Notes under the pieces: model-generated
Database searches by the model: none
What the model was told of the DNA's origin: nothing
Seen by the model: only the letters and a program-made list of their open reading frames with translations
NCBI GenBank assembly: GCA_950054195.1
Contig: CATLPG010000002.1
Span: 87,356-151,355, forward strand
Length of the DNA: 64,000 bases
DNA from: an uncultured Saccharospirillaceae bacterium
GTDB lineage: Bacteria; Bacteroidota; Bacteroidia; Flavobacteriales_D; CAJJDF01
Direction: 5' to 3'
Program-made: the position numbers and the translations under genes
Shown here: positions 50,218 to 59,700 of the stretch, one piece after another
How the letters are laid out: each line of letters starts with the position of its first letter
Position numbering within the stretch: the first letter of the stretch is position 1

Positions 50218-50283
50218 ATATGTAAGTTATTATTTATGTAAAGACGAAAATATCATTTTGAACAAAGTTTATCAATTATTTGG

Positions 50284-51357
50284 CTAGTTTTTGTTCATTA
50301 TTAGTCCAAACTGATCAGCTAAAATATCATCGTAATAATCAGCCAATGAAAATAATTTACCTAAAATTTCGGCTCCACTTTCTTCGTTTAGATCGTCTTG
50401 GTAAATAATTGTGCTTAACATAACGTTTTGTTTTGAAATGCTAAATGTGGAATTATCAATATCATAATTTTCTTTTAGTAGGTATTCGTAAAAGCTTCCA
50501 AGGTTTTCTTTTGGTAAGGTTCCCAAAACAGCATCAGCATAAATAAATCGTGATTTTTCGTTATAAGTTATTTTAGTTAGCGAACTGCCTTCTTCCACGT
50601 CCCAGGCCGTACTACCAACTCTTGATATTTCTGGGTCTTTTCCTATGTTGAATAATATATTTTCAATTTTTGTTTGAACTACACCTGGCAAGTAGGGTTT
50701 AAAGTTAAATTCGTCTTCTTGAAATTTCGTTCCACAATTTTGGCAGTACATATCCACCGCTTGCTCAAGTGTACTTATTCGTGTGCATGAATGGCAGCTT
50801 GATGATCTGTTTGGATAAAGGCTTTCATATTCATTTATTAGCTCCAATAATCTTCCAGAAGGTAAAGCGAAACCTAGACTTTGTCCGTTTTTATAAATGA
50901 AGGTATTTATACCAACTATTTCTCCATTTTCGTTGATTAATGGTCCGCCACTATTTCCAGGGTTTATGGCAGCATCTACTTGAATATAATCTACATTGTT
51001 GAACTCTCTTTTTGCTTTAGAAACAATTCCTTGAGTTGCTGTAAATTCTAGTCCCAGCGGATGACCAATAGCAATAATGCTTTCCCCAGCAACAACATCA
51101 TGAGGACTAATACTTACTGCTTCAATTGAACTATTGTAATTAAGAAAAGCGATATCATTTGTAGCATCAGTAAAAATTACTTTCACCTTTTGTTTAGGTA
51201 CTCCATGTCCTTTAATTACCACTTCATTATTCCCAAAGATTACGTGGCGATTAGTAACAATAATATTATGATCAGAAACGATTAAACCTGTTCCTGAACC
51301 CAAAGGGGTAGCTATTTGTACTACTTTGTTTTTATATGATTGGATAACTTCTTTCAT
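50284..51357 (-). CDS. Cytoplasmic trypsin-like (S1) serine protease fused to a zinc ribbon and a YbjN-like C-terminal domain
   Basis: No signal peptide. Catalytic triad contexts TNRHV, NDIAFL and GNSGGPL. CHSC...CQNC zinc ribbon. The C-terminal domain is YbjN/chaperone-like (tentative). Confidence 0.7.
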   Translation of the reverse strand: MKEVIQSYKNKVVQIATPLGSGTGLIVSDHNIIVTNRHVIFGNNEVVIKGHGVPKQKVKVIFTDATNDIAFLNYNSSIEAVSISPHDVVAGESIIAIGHPLGLEFTATQGIVSKAKREFNNVDYIQVDAAINPGNSGGPLINENGEIVGINTFIYKNGQSLGFALPSGRLLELINEYESLYPNRSSSCHSCTRISTLEQAVDMYCQNCGTKFQEDEFNFKPYLPGVVQTKIENILFNIGKDPEISRVGSTAWDVEEGSSLTKITYNEKSRFIYADAVLGTLPKENLGSFYEYLLKENYDIDNSTFSISKQNVMLSTIIYQDDLNEESGAEILGKLFSLADYYDDILADQFGLIMNKN

Positions 51358-51369
51358 GGTTTGGAATGA

Positions 51370-52755
51370 TTAATTGTAATTTAAGTAATCTGCCTCGGTC
51401 ATTAAGGAATGATAAAACGTTCGTTTGTTATCAAACTTTAAGTTTCGAACCCTAAAATCGATTTTAGGAAATTCTTGCTTGGAAGCTGAAACTACATGAT
51501 GAATTTTGCTGAGAACCGCCTCTCTTTTAAGGTTTCCTTGGTTATCCACATAGTTTGTTTTTATTCCCATTTCATCATAAAATGATGGATTATAAATATT
51601 CATAACCAAATCGAAAATATGCATGGTTGGGTAATGCATACCATAAGTAAAAAAAGCATAGGAGACTGCATATTCATAAATACTATCTACAATTTTTGGA
51701 TATCCATTGGTTACGTACCAATCGGCTTTTTTAATTTCTTTGAAAATGGTATCCATTACACCTTTGTGATCTTTAGGGTTAACTAAGGAATAGGTAGAAA
51801 TGGTATCGTACAAACCTTCTTTAAGTTTAGCATCATCCCATGTTACTATTTCATTAAAAACATCAATGATTTTAGTGTTTTTTTGTTGTGTTGTTTCTTC
51901 GTTTTTAGCAAAAAAGATGTTGTGGATTTTATCCAATGAGTTCATTAAAACTCCTTGTGGTTTTATGAGATAATCAATTTTATAGGTTAGGTTTAGCAAT
52001 AAAAAAGCGATTCCTCCACTAAAGGAGTTTTTATCCAGTCGGTTAATCTCTTGCATGGTCTCTGAAATCCACTGACGGATGTATTTTATTTGCGTAGCTT
52101 GTTTTAGTGCATCTGTAGAAATGGTAGTTTCTTCTTCTATTTCTTTGATGGAGCTAAACTCGGAAATTAAGAGATCATCTTGCTGATCGGCTTTTCGGGC
52201 TAATTCCTGTAAACCATAATAAATTTTGTTTGGTGAAGCATCTACTAAATAGCTTGAAAACTTCATGCAAATAGTATTGTCTTTTAATGCGAATTTGGAG
52301 TATTTAAGCATCAAGTTCATTCGCATTAATTTATTCATTACTGGAACACTTGGCGTATCCATTTTAGCAATGTTTGAAATAGCTTCGAACTTATCTTTAT
52401 TAGATGTTCCTTTAATGATGTTCGACCCTTGAATAAACTCAAAGCTTAACGTATCACCCGAAACGGAATATTTAAGATTGTTTATTTCGTTATCCTTTAT
52501 GTATTCCATCAGTTCGGTATGTGAAGCAAGGTAATTTTTTTGATTGAAGAGATTTACAGCTTCTTTCCATTTTGCACGTTGTGCATTGGTTTTGTTTCTA
52601 TCGGTATACCTACCGAATGGAAATTTACTTTTTGTTATAGGTGTTGGGTTACCAGTATTTACAAAAAGGGTTACTTTTTCTGGTTTGTTTCCTTGTGGCT
52701 TAGGAGCTTTTGTTTGCTCCTTTTCCCCTCCAAAGATTTTCTTGAAAAACGACAT
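51370..52755 (-). CDS. Hypothetical protein with a YbjN-like N-terminal region
   Basis: 461 aa. Lies 12 nt upstream of the protease gene. LSFEFIQGSNIIKG...KYSKFALKDNTICMKFSSYL resembles YbjN-type domains (tentative). Confidence 0.5.
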   Translation of the reverse strand: MSFFKKIFGGEKEQTKAPKPQGNKPEKVTLFVNTGNPTPITKSKFPFGRYTDRNKTNAQRAKWKEAVNLFNQKNYLASHTELMEYIKDNEINNLKYSVSGDTLSFEFIQGSNIIKGTSNKDKFEAISNIAKMDTPSVPVMNKLMRMNLMLKYSKFALKDNTICMKFSSYLVDASPNKIYYGLQELARKADQQDDLLISEFSSIKEIEEETTISTDALKQATQIKYIRQWISETMQEINRLDKNSFSGGIAFLLLNLTYKIDYLIKPQGVLMNSLDKIHNIFFAKNEETTQQKNTKIIDVFNEIVTWDDAKLKEGLYDTISTYSLVNPKDHKGVMDTIFKEIKKADWYVTNGYPKIVDSIYEYAVSYAFFTYGMHYPTMHIFDLVMNIYNPSFYDEMGIKTNYVDNQGNLKREAVLSKIHHVVSASKQEFPKIDFRVRNLKFDNKRTFYHSLMTEADYLNYN

Positions 52756-52872
52756 AATATATTTATTAGCTTTTGAAAGCTGTAATATAGGTGTTTATTG
52801 TAAATTGGTGATGTTAAGATTTTAATTTTTTATGAACAGTTTAACTTGTACATTGGGTAATATTAAAATCAA

Positions 52873-53427
52873 ATGAATACTATGAAATGTATTACGGCTA
52901 TACTTTTTTTATTCGTTATAACTTCCTGTACAGAAAATGATAAAAAAATAAATGAAGAAGATCGAATTACTGAAAATTGGGATAAAGCTCAATTTTATGA
53001 TGATTTAGCATTTACAGGTCTTGATAGTTTGGGTAAAATAATACAAATATCAGACAGTATAATAGCTTACAATTGGAATGCAAATGACAAAAACCCCGCG
53101 AATGTTTACAGTTACATTGTTGATGCTTATGGAAAATTCGATAGCAGAATAGAAAAAAAACTTGTGTTAAATGATATTCAAAAAAAATCATTAATTCATT
53201 TAATTACGGATTCAATGAATTATGAAGGAAGTAACTCGATGTGTTTTATTCCACATATTGCTTTTGTTTATTACAAGAAATCTAAAATTATTGGACAATC
53301 AAATGTTTGTTTTTTATGTTCAGGTATTAAAAGTGTTCCTAAATCAACAACTGCTTTGAACAAAAGAGGTAATAAAAAATTGAAAAATTTTTGTAGGAAT
53401 TTAGGGTTGAAGATTGTAGACAAATAA
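52873..53427 (+). CDS. Lipoprotein, hypothetical
   Basis: Signal ends VITSC. I recognise no family. Confidence 0.45.
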   Translation: MNTMKCITAILFLFVITSCTENDKKINEEDRITENWDKAQFYDDLAFTGLDSLGKIIQISDSIIAYNWNANDKNPANVYSYIVDAYGKFDSRIEKKLVLNDIQKKSLIHLITDSMNYEGSNSMCFIPHIAFVYYKKSKIIGQSNVCFLCSGIKSVPKSTTALNKRGNKKLKNFCRNLGLKIVDK

Positions 53428-53461
53428 TTGTAAATTTTCAGATTAAAAAATTATAAAACAA

Positions 53462-54277
53462 TTGTTTGAAATGAAAAAATATAGATTTCTAATATTAGTG
53501 TTTGTTTTGAAAACAAATCTTTCACTAAGTGAGTACTTAGTCTCCGTTAACTTAAATATCGAGAGTGAAGTAACTAAGACTTCTGATTTTAAATTATTTG
53601 TCTTATCGAATAAAGATACTATAGCTGAATTTAATAATCTGGAAAACAAAAATTCAGAGCATATCAAAGAACAATTGTTTAATCACGATTCGCTTGTTAC
53701 TATATTCAAATACAGAGAATCAAACAGCCAATGGAATAAGGTTGAGTATAAATTTGATTTAGATACATTTCGGTTGAAGAGGATTGAAATAAATCTTGAT
53801 TTCTCGGTCAATAAAAACCAAATTGAATATTTACAATACTTTTCTATCATTAAGTATTATAAAATTAGTATAGTAAAAATTGATAATTTTTACTTCGAAA
53901 TTGGTGACAGTCCAACGTTCATCTTAGAAAGTTCATCAGATTCTACTTTTTACGGTATTAGCTCATCTAATCATTTTTACGGAACAATAACGTTAAAAAC
54001 AACAAATGGATGGGAGTCATATTCTGGATCGTATTGTTCGCTTTCTAATGACGCTAATCCTTTAACCAAATTCAACAATGTATATTCATGGGTTCCATAT
54101 TACAACCCAGACGATAAGTATCAATTTAGGCAATCAGGAACTTACAAGTATTCAGTGCCAATGACTTTGGAAAAGTTTTCTGAAAAAGTAATATCAATGG
54201 AACTAGTGAATAATGCCATAACCAAGAAAGAGACACAAAATATTTTTGAAGTAGAAACTGAATTTAAAGTTGATTAG
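53462..54277 (+). CDS. Hypothetical protein
   Basis: 271-aa ORF, very AT-rich, with a possible N-terminal signal. I recognise no family. Confidence 0.4.
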   Translation: MFEMKKYRFLILVFVLKTNLSLSEYLVSVNLNIESEVTKTSDFKLFVLSNKDTIAEFNNLENKNSEHIKEQLFNHDSLVTIFKYRESNSQWNKVEYKFDLDTFRLKRIEINLDFSVNKNQIEYLQYFSIIKYYKISIVKIDNFYFEIGDSPTFILESSSDSTFYGISSSNHFYGTITLKTTNGWESYSGSYCSLSNDANPLTKFNNVYSWVPYYNPDDKYQFRQSGTYKYSVPMTLEKFSEKVISMELVNNAITKKETQNIFEVETEFKVD

Positions 54278-55362
54278 AACTCAAACTTTAGTTGCGTATA
54301 CTTTTTTTGAATTTGGTTTCGTTCCAGATTGGTGACTGATAAACCCAATAAACGAATAGGTTTTTTGAGAATATCGTGTTCCTCTAAAATTTGTTTCCAT
54401 CCATCGGTGATGTTGTATTGTTTGGAGATGTAAAAAGGAAAGGTTTTGCTACGGGTGATTTGAGTAAAATCATTGAATTTTACTTTTAAAGTAAGTGTTT
54501 TACCTTTTGCTTGAGATTTTTGCATGCGTTTGGCTAACTCCTCCGAAATGTTTTCGAGTTTTTGTTCTACTTCATTGATCGTTTTTAAATCATCAAAAAA
54601 GGTATTTTCTGCCCCAATGCTTTTTCTAATTCGGTTGGGGTTAACTGGTCGGTTATCGTTTAATCGAACAATTTCGTAATAATATTTACCCGATTTACCG
54701 AAATGTTTAGTGAGGAATGTAAGGTCTTTTGACTTTAAATGTTCGCCATTAAAGATACCTAATCGCATCATTTTTTGTGCGGTTACTTTACCTATTCCGA
54801 AGAACTTATTGATATCTAACTGCTCAATAAACTTGCCTGCCTTTTGAGGAGTGATAACTGTTAAACCATCTGGCTTGTTAATATCAGAAGCAATTTTTGC
54901 TAAGAACTTATTGAAAGAAACACCTGCTGAGGCTGTTAAATTAGTTTGTTCTTTTATTTTTTTTCGTATTTCTATCGCAATCTGCGTAGCATAAAATATT
55001 TGCTTTTTATTTTCAGTAACATCTAAAAAAGCTTCGTCAAGTGACAATGGTTCTACTAAATCGGAGTATTCATTAAAAATGCTTCGTATTTGTTGGGAGA
55101 CTTCCTTATAAACCGAGAAACGATGCTTTACAAAAATAAGATCGGGACATAGCTTCTTTGCTTGTACCGATGACATAGCTGATCGCACTCCATATTTACG
55201 TGCTTCGTAACTTGCAGCTGCCACTACTCCCCTATCAGAGCCTCCACCAACGGCTATGGGTTTTCCTTTAAGTTCTGGAAAATCTCGTTGTTCTACAGAT
55301 GCATAAAATGCATCCATATCTACATGAATTATTTTTCTTGTATGTTGGGGGTTGGTATCCAC
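54274..55362 (-). CDS. dinB: DNA polymerase IV (Y family)
   Basis: IHVDMDAFYASVEQ and SLDEAFLDVT motifs. Confidence 0.9.
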   Translation of the reverse strand: MDTNPQHTRKIIHVDMDAFYASVEQRDFPELKGKPIAVGGGSDRGVVAAASYEARKYGVRSAMSSVQAKKLCPDLIFVKHRFSVYKEVSQQIRSIFNEYSDLVEPLSLDEAFLDVTENKKQIFYATQIAIEIRKKIKEQTNLTASAGVSFNKFLAKIASDINKPDGLTVITPQKAGKFIEQLDINKFFGIGKVTAQKMMRLGIFNGEHLKSKDLTFLTKHFGKSGKYYYEIVRLNDNRPVNPNRIRKSIGAENTFFDDLKTINEVEQKLENISEELAKRMQKSQAKGKTLTLKVKFNDFTQITRSKTFPFYISKQYNITDGWKQILEEHDILKKPIRLLGLSVTNLERNQIQKKYTQLKFEF

Positions 55363-55482
55363 GTTGGCAATAACTATACAAAGTTCAGAAATTTAAAAGA
55401 CAATTTTTGCTTAATTGTTTATAACTCGGTTTATTTTGCATTATTTTTCTTTCTACTTTTGTGATTAATAAAACAAGAGAAC

Positions 55483-55833
55483 ATGGATATTACTGGAAAG
55501 ATTAAGGTTTTGTTTGATAAACAAACGTTTGATAGCGGATTTGAGAAGAGAGAATTCGTAATTACTACTGATGAGCAATACCCTCAAGATGTAAAGTTTG
55601 AACTTTACAAAGACAAGTGTGACATAGTAAACAACTTTAAAGTTGATGATGAAGTAACTGTACACTTTAACATTAGAGGAAACGAATACAACGGTAGATA
55701 CTATGTAAATCTTAATGCTTGGAGAATTGAAGCTTCTTCTTCTGCTTATCAAGGAATGGGTGGACAAGTTGCTGAAACTGTTGAAGATTCTCCTTTTGAT
55801 ACAGTTGATGAAAGTGATGATTTACCATTTTAA
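55483..55833 (+). CDS. DUF3127 family protein (OB-fold-like) with acidic tail
   Basis: MDITGKIKVLFDKQTFDSGFEKREFVITTDEQYPQDVKFELYKDKC...NLNAWRIE matches the DUF3127 family pattern. Confidence 0.75.
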   Translation: MDITGKIKVLFDKQTFDSGFEKREFVITTDEQYPQDVKFELYKDKCDIVNNFKVDDEVTVHFNIRGNEYNGRYYVNLNAWRIEASSSAYQGMGGQVAETVEDSPFDTVDESDDLPF

Positions 55834-55878
55834 TCCCTGAGGAATAATCAATAGATTATAAAAAATTGATTAATATTG

Positions 55879-55909
55879 AGCCTTCTGTTTTACAGAGGGC
55901 TTTTTTTTT
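55879..55909 (+). terminator. Rho-independent terminator after the DUF3127 gene
   Basis: AGCCTTCTG (55879-55887) pairs with CAGAGGGCT (55893-55901) with one G-U pair, followed by T9. Confidence 0.75.
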
Positions 55910-55925
55910 GGTGATTTTTTAAAAT

Positions 55926-55956
55926 AACACACCCCTAACCCCTCTCAAGAGGGGAA
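55926..55956. repeat. GC-rich palindromic REP/MITE-like element (copy 2, intergenic)
   Basis: AACACACCCCTAACCCCTCTCAAGAGGGGAA is about 27/31 identical to the copy inside hsdS. Confidence 0.8.
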
Positions 55957-55974
55957 CTATTTTTAAATTTAACC

Positions 55975-56733
55975 GTGAGAATTTCTGCAGTAATCATAAC
56001 ATTTAATGAAGAGCAAAACATTGCTAGGTGTTTAAGCTCTATGGAGGGTGTTGTGGATGAAATTATTGTTGTGGATTCTTTTTCTACGGATAATACGAAA
56101 GCTATTTGTGAGCAATATGGTGCGCTAGTAGTAGAAAAGGAGTTTTTAGATTATTCGAGCTCTAAAAACCATGGAAACTCATTAGCTAAGCATGACTATA
56201 TTTTATCCATAGATGCAGATGAAGCTTTATCGGATGAATTAAAACAATCAATTAGTAATTTAAAAACTAAATCAACAGAAGAATTGGTTGATGCTTATGT
56301 TTTAAATAGATTGACTAATTACTGTGGTAAATGGATTTACCATTGTGGATGGTATCCAGATAAAAAACCGCGTTTATTTAGGAAAAATAAAGCCAAATGG
56401 GTAGGAACGATTCATGAAGAATTGGTTATTGAATCAAAAGAAGCTTTAGAACTTGATGGGCATTTACACCATTATAGCATTACTTCTATTGAGGATCATG
56501 TGAACAGAATAAATAAATACAGTGGTTTATCCGCTAGGGATTTTTATGAAAAAGGTAAGCGATCTTCCACCTTACATATACTCGTAAAACCCAAGGTAAA
56601 GTTTTTAAAATGCTACTTTTTAAAACTTGGAATTTTAGACGGTTATTACGGCTATGTTATTAGCAAATTATCTGCTTATGAGACTTTTTTAAGGTATAGT
56701 AAGTTGAAATTTTTAAATGATAAGAAAAGTTAA
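55975..56733 (+). CDS. Glycosyltransferase family 2
   Basis: GTG start. ISAVIITFNEEQNIARCL and SIDADE (DxD) motifs. Confidence 0.8.
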   Translation: MRISAVIITFNEEQNIARCLSSMEGVVDEIIVVDSFSTDNTKAICEQYGALVVEKEFLDYSSSKNHGNSLAKHDYILSIDADEALSDELKQSISNLKTKSTEELVDAYVLNRLTNYCGKWIYHCGWYPDKKPRLFRKNKAKWVGTIHEELVIESKEALELDGHLHHYSITSIEDHVNRINKYSGLSARDFYEKGKRSSTLHILVKPKVKFLKCYFLKLGILDGYYGYVISKLSAYETFLRYSKLKFLNDKKS

Positions 56734-56737
56734 ATAA

Positions 56738-56770
56738 GAAAAGCATATGCATAAAGTACATATGCTTTTC
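56738..56770. terminator. Hairpin between convergent genes (probable bidirectional terminator)
   Basis: GAAAAGCATATG (56738-56749) pairs perfectly with CATATGCTTTTC (56759-56770). Confidence 0.65.
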
Positions 56771-56779
56771 TACTTAGTT

Positions 56780-59700
56780 TTATCTTTTGACTAACTTTTT
56801 AACTATTACTCCTACGTTAGTTTGAATTTGCATAAAGTAAACACCTTTACTTATGTCTTCTATTAACAATCGATTATTTCCTTTATAAGTTTTAACCTGA
56901 TTTCCATTTAAAGAATAAATCACTATTTCTTTAACTACTGTGTTTTCACTTGGTGTTACATAAATCTCATTAGTAAATGGGTTTGGGTAAACCAATACTT
57001 TATGATTGATTGCTTCTATATCATCTAAATTGGTAGTTCCTATTGTTGCGTCTAATAGTTCTTCACAACCTATAGCATCAGTTACAACAACCGAATAATA
57101 GCCTGCAGATAAACTATCAAGTGATGTAGAGGTGCTATCTCCTGTGCTCCAATCATAAGAATAAGGAGCAGTACCACCAACTACAATTAAATCAATACTG
57201 GCATCGTTTATTGTATCGTTCCCTGATAGATGAGTAACATCTAAATATGGTTTAAAGTCTTTACAATCTGGAGCGTGAGGAGAACCTTGGTTAAAGGTGT
57301 AAGGTTGAGACCATTTGATTAGCGCTGTATCAATACTTCCAAAAAGTTTAAATCCTCCTCCTAATACTAAATGCATATCAAATTCATATTTAGTATTAAA
57401 ATTATAATCAAATACAAAGTCAAACTGAGGTAGCATATCCTGTGTTCCGGCTAAAATTACTTGTGGTACGTTATTACTATAGTTCCACCAAGAGTAATTA
57501 ACAACATTTCCGTTTGCTCCTAATCGATTTTTCCAAACATCAATTCCAGGGTATTTTTTTAGGTTTAAAAACTCTCCATTAACTAATTGAGCATCTAAAT
57601 TAGATATATTATCAATTACTGGTAAAAATTCTATAACCTCATTTGGCTCAACCATATCGTCATCATCTCCTTGACTATCTGGATTATTATCATCATCAAT
57701 CGTACAGTTTGGTTCGTCAATTACTAGAGGTGTTATTGGAATAGGAATACAGGTTGTTAACCATTCGTTATTTCCTTCTTTTACTATAATTTCTATCAAT
57801 GCTTCATAACCTGCTGGTGCGTTTTGATCAATTAGAATTTCATATTCATCGGTTGACCATTCTCTTTCTCCCCAAGCTATATTATTGAAGTTTGCTATAC
57901 TATCGGTAATAGTTATATAGGGGTCTTCTGATCGAATAACTGATTCTCCTCCTACAATTGATTGATTAGATAGTTGAAGGTTTTCGCACTCTATTCGAAA
58001 CCTCACGTGTTTACCTGGGTCAATCAAATTTAATGGGTTATCAGGGTTGTTATTCATGGCAGGCGGTAAATCTGGAAAGTAGTTTTCAAAAGGTGTTCCT
58101 AAAACCGATGGTTGATCGTAAAAACCAAGGTTTGTAACAAATACTTCTTGACTATTCGCATTATCTATGGTTATCGTTTTTGATCTGGTACAACCATTAA
58201 TATCTGTTACGGTAGCTACGTAGTTACCTGCCGTCATTTGGTCTCTAGTTAAGTTAAAATAAGGAGTAACAACATCATCCCATTCTAACAGGGCAAATGT
58301 TGATTGTTCCATGGTAAGTTGAACGCTTCCATCATCACCACATTCTTCTGGAGATGTTTCATAACTAAAATCTACTGTATCTACTGTTAAATAAACGGTA
58401 AGTATACTATCGCAAACTATACCCAGTTTAGTATATTGAACATGATCTGTATAGACTCCAGAGCTTACATAAGTTGAATTACCTTGTGTATAAGACTCAT
58501 CATAACATATAGAAACATAACTAGTATCTATTACTTCATTCATAAATACTTGAATGGTTAAATTACTATCGCACCCATATTGATTGGTTAATGTATCGTT
58601 ATAAAAACCTGGGGATGTCCACGTATAGTTACCACTTGGTGATGTGTAAGAGTTACAAACTACTGCACTTATTAATGTATCACTTTTGAGTATTGTAACA
58701 TTCATTTCAATGATACTATCGCATCCATTACTGTTTGAAATTGTATCAAATATTCCTGTTGCATTTGTATCTACTATTTTTCCACTTGGACTAATAAATT
58801 CGTAGCAAACTGCTGTATCTATAGTTGGACCAACTGTATTATTAATTGATAAATTAATGGTAAGTAAACTATCAGACCCGCAACTATTAAGAATAGTATC
58901 ATAAACGGTGTAAGTTCCTAAGGAATCATATTCTTCGTCTCCACTTGGAACTGAGTAAGTGGAACAAACAGATATATCTATTGTGTCTCTTGTAATTATA
59001 CACGATGTATTATTAAATATATTTAATCCATGACCTGCATATGTTGGAGAGTATGCAGTGATACTTAATAAGTCTAACTTATCATCCATGTTAAAGTTTC
59101 CTGGTGTTAATAAGGGAATTGTTCCTAAAAATTTACTTTTGGTAATTGCGTGACTATGCCATGAGAAAGATCCTGTACCATCATTTAAGTATACACTTAA
59201 TGGTGGTTGCTTACCAAAACCAGCTTCGTAACGAGGAACTAGAAAATCATTATCTCCATCATCATCAATATCTAGTACAATGTTTTCCTTTTGATATTGA
59301 TCTATCTCTGGTGAACTCGTTAAAGTAAATGTTTTATTGCCATTGTTTACGTATAACCTCCCTTGATAATCATTGCATCCAAATGAATTTCTAAAAGCAG
59401 TTATGATATCTAACAAGCTATCATTATTAAAATCTGAAATGGTAACACCAGAACTTATATAATCCATATTACTCATAATATTTTCCTTACTAAATGTATA
59501 GTTACCATTATTGAAAAATACATCTAGATCATAGGTATTACTTGCATTTCTAGTAATTAAAAGTAAATCTTTTATGTTATCGTTATCAAAGTCTTTGAAG
59601 TAAATAGAGCTAATAAAAGAAAAGGTTTCTCCAGAGAAAATAGGTACACCTGTTGTTAACGTTCCTGTGGTATTTTTTGATATAAGCCATTGTCCATCAT

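Noticed and set aside
50218-50283. SAM riboswitch upstream of metK
   Set aside because: Only 66 nt separate metK from the upstream gene. That is too short for a SAM-I-type aptamer plus expression platform, and I see no conserved SAM-box sequence.
52540-52825. Two overlapping plus-strand ORFs (78 and 93 aa) at the 5' end of the 461-aa gene
   Set aside because: They lie antisense to, or overlap, the start region of a long ORF. The composition is Phe/Leu/Cys-rich shadow with no independent support.
55465-55767. 100-aa minus-strand ORF overlapping the DUF3127 gene
   Set aside because: The DUF3127 match on the plus strand is strong and is followed by a clean terminator. The antisense product is hydrophobic low-complexity.
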